From Candidatus Nanohalarchaeota archaeon (GTDB taxonomy: Archaea; Nanohalarchaeota; Nanosalinia; Nanosalinales; JAFCCC01), in NCBI GenBank assembly GCA_017610385.1, contig JAFCCC010000001.1, positions 64,001 through 128,000 on the forward strand: a stretch of 64,000 bases of DNA. The letters run 5' to 3'. The notes under the pieces are model-generated. The model was not told the DNA's origin, searched no databases, and saw only the letters and a list, made by a program, of their open reading frames with translations. Shown here in pieces: positions 10,159-19,517 of the stretch; the first letter of the stretch is position 1; every line of letters starts with the position of its first letter. The translations under genes and the position numbers were made by a program.

Positions 10159-10907
10159 TAACAAAAAAAGAGCTAAGGGATTACGCAAAAATAACCGGAC
10201 TTAACTTAGGGGAAGCAGAAAAGGATTACTTTCAGAACATCTTGCTTTTTATTATTTATCAGTTTCATGACGTGGGAATAATTTTCAAGGGAGGTACAGC
10301 ACTAAAAAAGTGTTATGGTCTTAATAGATTCTCAGAAGATTTGGATTTTACATGTATTAAAAAATTCAATATTCAGTCACTCAAAAAGGGTATGAACAGA
10401 TTTAGAATAGACTTTGAAATAAAAATGAAAAGTTATGAGAGAAGTCAAAAAATAATGCTAAAAATTAAAGGTCCGTTATACATGGGAAATCCTCAAAGCG
10501 TTTGTGGCATTGCCCTTGATTTGAGCTTCAGGGAAAAGATTATTCTTCCTCCAAAGCTAAAAACTATTGGAAGGTTCTTAGAAGAATTGCCTGCCTTTGA
10601 TGTTATTGTAATGCAGGAAAAAGAAATATTGGCAGAAAAGATAAGAGCTATGCTCTCGAGAAATGCTGCAAGGGACTTATATGATATTTGGTTTCTTCTT
10701 AATAAGGATGTAGAACTTGAACCGAAACTACTCAATGAAAAATTTAAATATTACAATCGGGTCTGGAACCTGAAGGATTTTGAATCACAAATAAATAATT
10801 TAAAACATATTTGGAAGTCAGAATTATCTCTTCTGATAAAAAACGTTCCAGATTTTAACGTAGTAAAGAATTTGGTTATGTGTCATGCTCAAAAGTGGAA
10901 AAGGTAA
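10155..10907 (+). CDS. AbiEii/AbiGii-family nucleotidyltransferase toxin
   Basis: EKDY, IFKGGTALKKCYGLNRFSEDLDF, ILAEKIRA, RDLYD; ATGA overlap with upstream gene. Confidence 0.88.
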   Translation: MITKKELRDYAKITGLNLGEAEKDYFQNILLFIIYQFHDVGIIFKGGTALKKCYGLNRFSEDLDFTCIKKFNIQSLKKGMNRFRIDFEIKMKSYERSQKIMLKIKGPLYMGNPQSVCGIALDLSFREKIILPPKLKTIGRFLEELPAFDVIVMQEKEILAEKIRAMLSRNAARDLYDIWFLLNKDVELEPKLLNEKFKYYNRVWNLKDFESQINNLKHIWKSELSLLIKNVPDFNVVKNLVMCHAQKWKR

Positions 10908-11001
10908 TGCCTAAACAAATAGTCAAAGGTTGTTCTTGCGTATTATCTCTGTAGTACTTCAACTAATTCAAATAGTGGGTCTTCTTCCTCTTTAGTAATG
11001 T

Positions 11002-11865
11002 TCATAAATCAAATTCTGGTGCCTCGCTCCGCTCAGCAACTCTACTGGCAGGGAAAGAACCGAAATAAGGGCTCCTGTAACTCGGCTCAAAGTAGAGGTC
11101 TATACACAAAGGACCGTCGTCCCCGAAAGACCAGGAAAAGATGGCTCTTGTTCCTGAATCTACTCTGTAATTTCGAGATAATTCATATTTTGCCTGTTCT
11201 TCACTTATTCCTAAGCCCTCTGCGATTAGTTTTCTTGCAGTTTCAGAATCTTCCTCTGATTTTAAAAGTGTTCCTGTAACAGAGTGGAACATTCTTCCAT
11301 TTAGAGGAACAATAACGCTTCCATTTCCTCTTGGCAATGGAACTAAAACGCCTCTTGAATGTTCTTCTTCAATAGATGGCTTTACTTTCCAATCTCCTTC
11401 GGTTTGCTCAAATCCTTGAATGTATTGGAAATATCTTGCTAAAACATAATCTTGTTCTAAAAGTGGCTGGAATCTTTTGAAAATTTGTGGGTGTCTTTTC
11501 GTAAGTTCTTCTGTATCAAAAATAACTGCTCCGTCTCTGTGCCATGTTCCTTGGTATGATTGCCAGGGTTTGTACTATTCATTTCTTCTTGCTCTGCTCT
11601 GGCAGTCTGCATAAACTAACTTCATGGCTTCTTGAACTTCTTCTGGAAGTTTTCCTGCATTTCCTACTCCGTATGCTAAATCAAAACCGCCTCTATAAAG
11701 AACTTCTTTAAATAATAGAATATCTGATCTTGGTGCTAAAACTTGTGCTTGTTCTCCTGAACCAATATCTGCATACAAACCTCTGCCTAATTCTCTTGCT
11801 TCTATTTGAGAACCCAAATATTCAAAATCTGGTGCTTTTATGGTTTCGGTTGTCATTTTTATCAT
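11002..11865 (-). pseudogene. Putative DGR target protein interrupted by one in-frame TAG (11575-11577)
   Basis: ORFs 11575-11865 and 11002-11337 share a frame; the 79 codons between them are open and resemble the upstream paralogue (GTWHRDG vs GGWHKDA; LARYFQYIQGFEQ vs WARYYQDILGFEE). Confidence 0.75.
11017..11145 (-). repeat. Putative DGR variable repeat, copy 1
   Basis: Ungapped 129-nt match to 11980-12108 with 27 mismatches by hand count, concentrated in codon positions 1-2 of NNC/NNT codons. Confidence 0.75.
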
Positions 11866-11871
11866 AAACCT

Positions 11872-12777
11872 CTATTTTGCTCTACGCTCAAGGAACTCTT
11901 GAAATCTGTCCAACATCTCGCGATCTGCTTCCAGAGCTTCCAGTTCTTCTCTTCTTCTTAAAACGTAGTCTGGATTTGCTGGTGCCTCACTCCGATCAGC
12001 AACTCTACTAGCAGGGAAAGAACCGATATCGAAGTTCCTGTCCCTAGGCTCATTGCTGAGGCTTATACTCAAAGGGCCGTCGTGCACATAAGACCAGGAA
12101 CCGACGGCTTTAACTCTTTCTGTTCCTCTGAAAAATTTTGAAAGTTCTTTTTCTGCTTCTTCATCTGTTAAATTTCCGGCTTGTTTCCATATTCCAATTG
12201 CATTGTCTTTATCTGTTGTATATGTTGGCGTTCCAAATCTTGGGTCAAAAACAAATCCGTTTTGAGGGTTTGGCGCAATAAATTTGCCTCCTCCTTGTGG
12301 AAGCAAAACTAAACCTGTAACAGTATTCTCATCTGTCGTTGGTCTCCATACACCCTCCTTTACTTCTTCAAAACCTAAAATGTCTTGGTAATATCTTGCC
12401 CACTGGTAGGTTTCTGGAGCAGGCATAACGCCCAAAGGCAGTTGGTCATTTGGCAAAAATTCGACAGCATCTTTATGCCACCCTCCTCGTACTTTTCTCT
12501 CTTGAGCATCATTGTAAACTAAAAGACCTAATTCTTTTACCTCTGTTGGAAGTACTTTTAATTCAAAAGAAGGTTCTCTTTCTCTTGTTTGATATAATGT
12601 TAAATCTCTTCCGATTTGATATAAACAAACTCTCCAAGATAGAGGACTTGACAAAGGAGTTAATTCATACACGGATTTGCTTGTTCCTAAATTTTCAATT
12701 AATTTCGTTGGGGTTTCAATTGCTGGAACATGAATTCCACGGTAAATAAATCCTGGAGTTTGAATGGTGTTGGGCAT
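11872..12777 (-). CDS. Putative DGR target protein (C-type-lectin-like variable C-terminus)
   Basis: C-terminal GSWSYVHDGPLSISLSNEPRDRNFDIGSFPA resembles the CLec VR pattern (SW..N.N.P.N.N.NIG); paralogue of 11002-11865. Confidence 0.7.
   Translation of the reverse strand: MPNTIQTPGFIYRGIHVPAIETPTKLIENLGTSKSVYELTPLSSPLSWRVCLYQIGRDLTLYQTREREPSFELKVLPTEVKELGLLVYNDAQERKVRGGWHKDAVEFLPNDQLPLGVMPAPETYQWARYYQDILGFEEVKEGVWRPTTDENTVTGLVLLPQGGGKFIAPNPQNGFVFDPRFGTPTYTTDKDNAIGIWKQAGNLTDEEAEKELSKFFRGTERVKAVGSWSYVHDGPLSISLSNEPRDRNFDIGSFPASRVADRSEAPANPDYVLRRREELEALEADREMLDRFQEFLERRAK
11980..12108 (-). repeat. Putative DGR variable repeat, copy 2
   Basis: See copy 1; near-constant 3' tail GGTTCTTTCCCTGCYAGTAGAGTTGCTGA. 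Confidence 0.75.
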
Positions 12778-12972
12778 ATAAAAATACTTTGATCAAAGAG
12801 TTATAAAGTTATTGCATTTTACTACTTGGCGTGAGTTATAATAATTATAATTTATTATATAAAATAGATTATAAATGCAATATCCACTATATATATTACA
12901 GCATACGAGTTAGCGGGTTATTTCAGTAGATATAGAATATATTAAAAGCTTTTGAATCCCTAACTTGTTATT

Positions 12973-15597
12973 ATGGATGATTCTATAAACTTTCAGAAAA
13001 TTGAACGTAAATGGCAGAAAAGATGGAAAGAAAGTAAGATTTTTCAGGTAAAAGAAAACTCAAAGAAAAAAAAGTTCTACAATTTAGAAATGTTGCCGTA
13101 CACTAGCGGATTAGGCTTGCATATGGGCCATGTAAGAAATTATTCGATTGGGGATTCTTTCGCACGTTTTAAAAGAATGAATGGTTTTAATGTTCTTTAT
13201 CCTATGGGTTTTGACGCTTTTGGACTTCCTGCAGAGAATGCAGCTATAAAGAACAATATTCATCCAAAAAAGTATACAGACAAAGCAATTACACTATACA
13301 AAAATGCAATGGAAAGAATAGGTTTGAGTTATGATTGGAGTCGAGAACTTGCAACTTGTAATCCAGATTATTATAAATGGAATCAATATTTCTTTTTGAA
13401 ATTTTTGGAAAATGGATTAATTTACAGAAAAAAAGCGCCGGTGAACTGGTGTCCGAAGTGCAATACGGTTTTGGCAAACGAACAAGTCATAAACGGTAAA
13501 TGCTGGAGACATGAAGACACAGAGGTCAAAACGAAATATCTAGAACAATGGTTTATTAGAACCACAAAATATACAGAAGAATTATTAGAATATATTGATA
13601 AACTAGATTGGCCTGAAAAAATAAAGTCCATGCAGAAAAATTGGATTGGAAAAAGCGAGGGAACAGAAATATTATTTGAAATTAATCAGAAAAAGTGGCC
13701 TGTTTTTACAACGCGGCCAGATACGATTTATGGAGTAACCTTTATGGTTATTTCTGCTCAGCATCAAAAATTAGATGAATTAGTTACAAAAAAGCAGAAA
13801 AAGAATGTTGAAAAATTCCTGAAAAAAATAAGGGCGACAACTGAAAAAGATGCAGATATTCTAGAAAAAGAAGGTGTTTTTACAGGAAGTTATGCTATTA
13901 ATCCAATCAATAAAGAAAAAATTCCAGTTTATGCTGGTAATTTTGTTTTGGCAGAATATGGCTCTGGAATGGTCATGGCAGTTCCAGCGCACGATCAAAG
14001 AGATTTTGAATTCGCAAAAAAGTATAAAATACCGATTAGAACTGTAATTAAACCAAAAAAAAGTGATGCGAATGCTCAAAAATTGAAGAAAGCATACACC
14101 CAAAATGGGCGTTTAGTTAATTCTGAAAAATTTGACGGTTTAGAAAATTCAAAGGCCATTAAAGAGATTTCAAAATATTTAGAGAGAAAAAAGCTCGGAA
14201 AAAGAATTGTGCAATATAAATTAAGAGATTGGTTGATATCTAGACAAAGATATTGGGGAACACCAATACCGATAATCTGGTGCGGACACTGTGGTTTTGT
14301 GCCAAGTCCCGAGGAAGATCTACCAATTCTACTTCCAAAAAATGTAAAATTCGGTGAAAAAAATCCGTTAGAAACCAATGCTAATTTTATCAAAACAACC
14401 TGTCCAAAATGTGGTCGGCCTGCTAGAAGAGAAACAGATACAATGGATACCTTTTTTGACAGCTCTTGGTATTATTTGAGGTATTGCGATCCTAAAAACA
14501 ACAAAGAACCATTTAGTACAGAAAAAATAAATCATTGGATGCCCGTAGATCGTTATATTGGAGGAGCGGAACATGCTGTACTTCATTTACTATATGCAAG
14601 ATTTTTTACAAAAGCATTACGAGATTTAGGATATTTGAAATTTGATGAACCTTTTACTAGTTTGTTTAATCAAGGAATTGTACACAAAAACGGTTTGAGA
14701 ATGAGTAAAAGTAAGGGGAATGTGGTCACGCAGGAAGAAATAGAAAAAAAATATGGTATAGACACAGGAAGAATTTATGTTTTATCTGTGGCGGCACCAG
14801 GAAAAGATATTGAATGGGATGATAAAGATATTGGTGGTTCTTTTAGATTTATTAATAAATCTATGGCACTCTTAGAACGGAGTAAAAACATAAAAATGGA
14901 AGAAAAAGTCGAATCAAAAACGAATTTAGTTATAAAACGCGTTACAGAAGAAATGGAATATTTTGGGATGAATAAAGCTATTCGAATACTTATGGAATAT
15001 GTAGATTATTTATATTCTATAGAAATAATACCAAAAAAGGCTCTAGAGAGTTTTTCACTATTACTAAATCCTTTCGCACCACACATTTCAGAAGAAATGT
15101 GGGAAAGATTAGGAAATAATACGTTTGCTTCAATTCAAAAATGGCCCAGGTTTGACGAAAAGAAAATTAATATGGATTATGAAATTGAAGAACAATATCT
15201 TCAGGATATTTTTTCTGATTTGAGAGATGTTTCTAAATTTGTGAAATCATTTAAAGAAATCAAAATAATTGTGGCTTCAGAATGGAAAAACACACTTTTT
15301 AAAAAAATAAGTGTGATTGGCAGAAAAAAAGAATTAATTTCAGAGTTAATGAAAACTGCTGGATTTAAAAAACAAAGTCGATTTACAATAGATTCTGCTC
15401 AAAAATACATGAAAAATCCTGGAAATATTCCAGAACGCTTGTTGGGTATGCAAAAAGAGTTTGAAATTCTGGTTCAGAATCAGAAAGATTTTGAAAAGGA
15501 ATTCAAAGCGAAAGTAAATGTGGTTCTTGAAGAAAATTCAAAAGACCAAAAAGCAAATAAAGCTGCACCAGGCAAACCTGCAATTATCTTGAAATGA
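12973..15597 (+). CDS. leuS: Leucine--tRNA ligase (bacterial-type core, archaeal-like C-terminus)
   Basis: PYTSGLGLHMGH, GFDAFGLPAENAAI, FTTRPDT, DWLISRQRYWGTPIP, RMSKSKGN, terminal KAAPGKPAI. Confidence 0.95.
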   Translation: MDDSINFQKIERKWQKRWKESKIFQVKENSKKKKFYNLEMLPYTSGLGLHMGHVRNYSIGDSFARFKRMNGFNVLYPMGFDAFGLPAENAAIKNNIHPKKYTDKAITLYKNAMERIGLSYDWSRELATCNPDYYKWNQYFFLKFLENGLIYRKKAPVNWCPKCNTVLANEQVINGKCWRHEDTEVKTKYLEQWFIRTTKYTEELLEYIDKLDWPEKIKSMQKNWIGKSEGTEILFEINQKKWPVFTTRPDTIYGVTFMVISAQHQKLDELVTKKQKKNVEKFLKKIRATTEKDADILEKEGVFTGSYAINPINKEKIPVYAGNFVLAEYGSGMVMAVPAHDQRDFEFAKKYKIPIRTVIKPKKSDANAQKLKKAYTQNGRLVNSEKFDGLENSKAIKEISKYLERKKLGKRIVQYKLRDWLISRQRYWGTPIPIIWCGHCGFVPSPEEDLPILLPKNVKFGEKNPLETNANFIKTTCPKCGRPARRETDTMDTFFDSSWYYLRYCDPKNNKEPFSTEKINHWMPVDRYIGGAEHAVLHLLYARFFTKALRDLGYLKFDEPFTSLFNQGIVHKNGLRMSKSKGNVVTQEEIEKKYGIDTGRIYVLSVAAPGKDIEWDDKDIGGSFRFINKSMALLERSKNIKMEEKVESKTNLVIKRVTEEMEYFGMNKAIRILMEYVDYLYSIEIIPKKALESFSLLLNPFAPHISEEMWERLGNNTFASIQKWPRFDEKKINMDYEIEEQYLQDIFSDLRDVSKFVKSFKEIKIIVASEWKNTLFKKISVIGRKKELISELMKTAGFKKQSRFTIDSAQKYMKNPGNIPERLLGMQKEFEILVQNQKDFEKEFKAKVNVVLEENSKDQKANKAAPGKPAIILK

Positions 15598-15867
15598 TCA
15601 ATATTCCTCTAAACTTTTTCTTAGAACTGGATTTAAAGTGACGCGGGGTTTAATATGCGTTCTTTCTATTATTTGTTCTATATCTCCCAGTCTCTGATCT
15701 AATTGATCTAATTTATTTTGTAGTTCCGCTATACCCACCCAAATCTGTGCTATAGTTGGATTTTTACAATAGTAATATGCATTTTGATGCATTTTAACGC
15801 GTTTTAAAATTTTATTCAGTTTAAATTCTATATCAGAACTTAATTTATTTCGCCAATCAGTCAACAT
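15598..15867 (-). CDS. Small hypothetical coiled-coil protein
   Basis: 89-aa ORF filling the gap between leuS and the PPIase gene; no motif recognised. Confidence 0.65.
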   Translation of the reverse strand: MLTDWRNKLSSDIEFKLNKILKRVKMHQNAYYYCKNPTIAQIWVGIAELQNKLDQLDQRLGDIEQIIERTHIKPRVTLNPVLRKSLEEY

Positions 15868-15921
15868 ATTTTAAAAATAGACTCAAATTTTTAAATAGTA
15901 TGCTTCTATAAAAAGAATAAG

Positions 15922-16563
15922 ATGAAAAAAGGAGATGTAATTGAAATAGAGTATGTTGGAAAAATCAAAGAAACTGGAAAGGTTTTTGATTTAACTTCAG
16001 AAGATGTGGCAAAAGAAAATGGGGTTTATATTTCACAAGGAGAATATGGTCCAAGAAAGATTGTTCTTGGTGCAGATTACATTCTAAAAGGATTAGATGA
16101 AAAGTTAAAAAAAATGAATGTCGGAGAAAAAAAAGAAATTGAACTTTCACCAGATTTAGCTTTTGGGAAGCGAAATCCAAACTTAGTAAAATTAGTTTCT
16201 GAAAAAAGATTTAAATCAGACGGCGTAAAAGCGGAAATTGGTACCCTCGTTTCCTTAGGTACCTCTATTGGAAAAGTCATTAGTAAGGGTGCGGGAAGAG
16301 TTAAAGTGGATTTAAATCACCCGTTAGCAGGAAAAAAACTTGTTTACACAATTAAAATTAACAAGCAAATTACAGAAAATGAAGAAAAACTTTCTACAAT
16401 CTTAAAGCATCGATTAGGAGTAAATACGAAAAATTTCGCGTTAGATTTAGAAAAAAAGACATTAGAGATAAAGGTGAAGGACATTACAGATGTAATGCAA
16501 AAGAAAATCGTTTCTGACATTAAGTTGTGCTTCTCTGACATTGAGAAGGTTAATTTTAAATAA
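15922..16563 (+). CDS. slyD: FKBP-type peptidyl-prolyl isomerase (SlyD-like, long archaeal type)
   Basis: IEYVGKIKETGKVFD, GLDEKL, AFGKRNP, VDLNHPLAGKKL. Confidence 0.9.
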   Translation: MKKGDVIEIEYVGKIKETGKVFDLTSEDVAKENGVYISQGEYGPRKIVLGADYILKGLDEKLKKMNVGEKKEIELSPDLAFGKRNPNLVKLVSEKRFKSDGVKAEIGTLVSLGTSIGKVISKGAGRVKVDLNHPLAGKKLVYTIKINKQITENEEKLSTILKHRLGVNTKNFALDLEKKTLEIKVKDITDVMQKKIVSDIKLCFSDIEKVNFK

Positions 16564-16612
16564 CTACTACTTAGAAACGCAAAATAACATATTTATTTAA
16601 AAATTCCTGATA

Positions 16613-17740
16613 ATGTATGTTTCACAGGGTTGGGAGATATATATGAATAACATAAATGATTCGGATATTATGAATATTTCTAGATCACAAACTGATCATA
16701 GTATTGATGAAGATTTAAAAAAGATTCTTGAAGAACGACAGGCTCAAATTGTTGTTGTTGGTACTGGTGGAGCAGGAAATAACACTGTTACAAGATTAAC
16801 TACTGTTGGGATCATAGGAGCAGAAACAGTTGCAATTAATACTGACGCTCAAGATTTACTTTATGCTGACGCAGATAAAAAAATTTTAATAGGCAAAGAT
16901 TTGACTAATGGATTAGGTGCTGGTGCAGATCCAAATGTAGGACAAGAATCTGCAAGAGAAAGCAAAGATCAAATTAAAAAAGCGCTTCATGGCGCAGATA
17001 TGGTATTTATTACGTGTGGTCTTGGTGGAGGAACTGGAACAGGAAGTGCGCCAATTATTGCAGAAGTTGCTAAAAAAATGGGTGCATTAACAGTTGGAAT
17101 TGTGACTCTTCCTTTTAGAATGGAAGGAATGCAAAGATCTGAAAACGCGAGAAGAGGATTAGAACAAATGGAAGCGGGGGTTGACACACTAATTGTTATT
17201 CCTAATGATAAATTATTAGAAATCGTACCTGATGTTTCTTTAAATACTGCATTTAAAATTGCAGATGAAATTTTGGTTAATGCAGTAAAAGGCGTAACAG
17301 AACTAGTTACAAAACCAGGATTGATTAATTTGGATTTTGCAGATATAAGAGCAGTCATGGGCCAAGGAGGAATAGCGATGATTGGAATGGGACAATCAGA
17401 TACAGAGAATAGAGCAAGAGAGGCTGTTGGTAAAGCATTAACAAATCCTTTATTAGATGTCGAAATAAACGGCGGAAATGGTGCTTTAATTAATGTTTCT
17501 GGTGGAACGGATATGACTTTAAAAGAAGCGCAAGAAGTCGTAACAGCTGTTTCTGAAAAATTAGATCCTTCTGCGAAAGTAATCTGGGGAGCACAAGTTC
17601 AAAAGGATTTGGAAAACACTTTAAGAGCCATGATTATTGTAACTGGAGTTCAATCACCACAAATATTTGGACCAGATCAATCCTTTAAAGTGGAATATAC
17701 AAAAGAAATTGAAAAAGAACTTGGAATTGAATTTGTATAG
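16613..17740 (+). CDS. ftsZ: Cell division protein FtsZ (start may be 16643 or later)
   Basis: GTGGAGNN, GLGGGTGTG tubulin signature, INLDFAD. Confidence 0.97.
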   Translation: MYVSQGWEIYMNNINDSDIMNISRSQTDHSIDEDLKKILEERQAQIVVVGTGGAGNNTVTRLTTVGIIGAETVAINTDAQDLLYADADKKILIGKDLTNGLGAGADPNVGQESARESKDQIKKALHGADMVFITCGLGGGTGTGSAPIIAEVAKKMGALTVGIVTLPFRMEGMQRSENARRGLEQMEAGVDTLIVIPNDKLLEIVPDVSLNTAFKIADEILVNAVKGVTELVTKPGLINLDFADIRAVMGQGGIAMIGMGQSDTENRAREAVGKALTNPLLDVEINGGNGALINVSGGTDMTLKEAQEVVTAVSEKLDPSAKVIWGAQVQKDLENTLRAMIIVTGVQSPQIFGPDQSFKVEYTKEIEKELGIEFV

Positions 17741-17805
17741 GCATCATTTGTAACAAACAAGTTCTCTAAGACACAGAAATTCATCACAGCAAAGGTACAT
17801 TGGTT

Positions 17806-19149
17806 CTAATTAAAATCAAAAGAATTTAAAACATTTTTTAACTCTAAAAATCGCTTTTCAATAAGCTTTTCCTTTTCAGAATTTCTCTTTTTTAGTTGTT
17901 CTACTTCCTGAAATTCTGTTTCAATATTGCTTTTGATTTGTTCAATCTCTTTTTCTAGGGCGGTTTGTTTTTCTCTGTGCGAAGTAATCTTTGATTTCTC
18001 TAATTCAACAAATTCAGATTGAATATTCTTGTATTTTAAAATTAATTTTTCAAAAAGATTTTGATTTAATATTTCGTTTAATTTTCTGGTAATTTTTCCT
18101 TTGTTTTTTAATTCAATTTTATTTTCTAAAATACTATCCCTAAACCTATTCAAAATTAGATTTAAAGAAATAATATTGTCCTTTTCTGTTAAAACACCCA
18201 GGGGATCCTCAAGAAATTTGTTTGTCAATAATATTTTGTCTTTTGTTATTTTTCCGGATTTTTGAGAAAAATAAATAAATTTCTTTAATGGGTGTTCTAT
18301 AGATGACACTTGTGCATGAATTTTGCTTTTAGTAAGTAAAAGATCTTGATATAGTTTTTTATGCAATTCTCTGTTTTTAAGATACTCTGAATTTTCTCTT
18401 AGAAGGTTAATTTGTTTTTCCAGATCCTTTTCCTTAGTTCTTTGATTTTTCAGTTTAGTACTGAATCTAATGATCTCTTTTTTATTATTGCTTATATTTT
18501 CTTTTTCTAATTTTATTTTAGATGAGAAATCCTGTGCAGAGTTTATTTGTGCGGTCTGCGTATTTTGTTCCCAAACAGACACACTAAACTCACGTATTTT
18601 AGAACTTAGTTCTTTGAATGAATCTAAAGTGTTTTTGCTCTCTGGGATTAAAAGATTCCTGAAAAACAGGAAATCGCGCATGGATTTTTTGTTAAAGTCG
18701 ATTAATAGGTGATTTACTCGTTCATTATACTCTACAATGGAATTAGTATCAGAAAGTGATTTTCTTAGCTGTTTCAATAAATTCTGGCCTTTCTCTGTGA
18801 AATTTTTTCTATGAATCTTTAGTAAATTCAAATGAGCTTTATCGCTTTTTGTTAGTGTGCTTCCAAAATTCCTTTTAAAGTTTGCTTTGTTTAATTTTTT
18901 TAGATAATCTTCAAATAACTGCGCGTTTTTTTGTATTTCATTGTATTTGATATGTGAGGTGATTTTAAATTCTCTTACTTGTTTTTGACGTGTCTCTTTT
19001 AAAAAAGAATCAATATGCTCTAAATCAAAATCTTTTAGAGACGCTTTATTTCTTGCGGTTATCTTAGGAGTTTTTTCAGTTTCTTTTCTTATTATTTTGC
19101 TACTTTTTGTGTTTCCAAATATTTTTCCAAGTTTTGAGAACAAATTCAT
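17806..19149 (-). CDS. Hypothetical coiled-coil protein
   Basis: 447-aa Lys/Glu-rich helical ORF; no motif recognised. Confidence 0.7.
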   Translation of the reverse strand: MNLFSKLGKIFGNTKSSKIIRKETEKTPKITARNKASLKDFDLEHIDSFLKETRQKQVREFKITSHIKYNEIQKNAQLFEDYLKKLNKANFKRNFGSTLTKSDKAHLNLLKIHRKNFTEKGQNLLKQLRKSLSDTNSIVEYNERVNHLLIDFNKKSMRDFLFFRNLLIPESKNTLDSFKELSSKIREFSVSVWEQNTQTAQINSAQDFSSKIKLEKENISNNKKEIIRFSTKLKNQRTKEKDLEKQINLLRENSEYLKNRELHKKLYQDLLLTKSKIHAQVSSIEHPLKKFIYFSQKSGKITKDKILLTNKFLEDPLGVLTEKDNIISLNLILNRFRDSILENKIELKNKGKITRKLNEILNQNLFEKLILKYKNIQSEFVELEKSKITSHREKQTALEKEIEQIKSNIETEFQEVEQLKKRNSEKEKLIEKRFLELKNVLNSFDFN

Positions 19150-19336
19150 TTTAGATTAATTATTGATTTTTATTCTATAAATGCATGGTGGCAGCGAGTT
19201 TTCGAGAATAAATTTATAAAGGTTGTTGTAAAAACCTAATTAAACTCGCTTAACTGCTTTGGCAGGAGAGATAAAAAATGAAGTTCGGAATGCGAACTTA
19301 AACTTGAATTAATTCTTTCTTGTCTTTGGTGAAAAA

Positions 19337-19507
19337 ATGAGTTTTAAGAAAAAAATTAAAAATTATATTCGGGTATTAAAAATAACAAAAAAGCCCAATA
19401 AAAAGGAGTTTTGGGGAAGTGCTAAAATTACGGCCCTTGGAATCGCAATAATTGGCTTCATAGGTTTTTTAATTTACATAATAGCAACTATGATACAAAA
19501 CATTTAG
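19337..19507 (+). CDS. secE: Protein translocase SecE / Sec61-gamma (not in ORF track)
   Basis: MSFKKKIKNYIRVLKITKKPNKKEFWGSAKITALGIAIIGFIGFLIYII..; conserved position before spt5. Confidence 0.92.
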   Translation: MSFKKKIKNYIRVLKITKKPNKKEFWGSAKITALGIAIIGFIGFLIYIIATMIQNI

Positions 19508-19517
19508 AAGGGAAAAA

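Noticed and set aside
10998-11279. 93-aa plus-strand ORF over the variable repeat
   Set aside because: Antisense to the target gene; the codon pattern supports only the minus strand
11575-11577. Genome-wide TAG reassignment
   Set aside because: TAG ends conserved genes (trpS, ftsZ, secE) at their expected lengths
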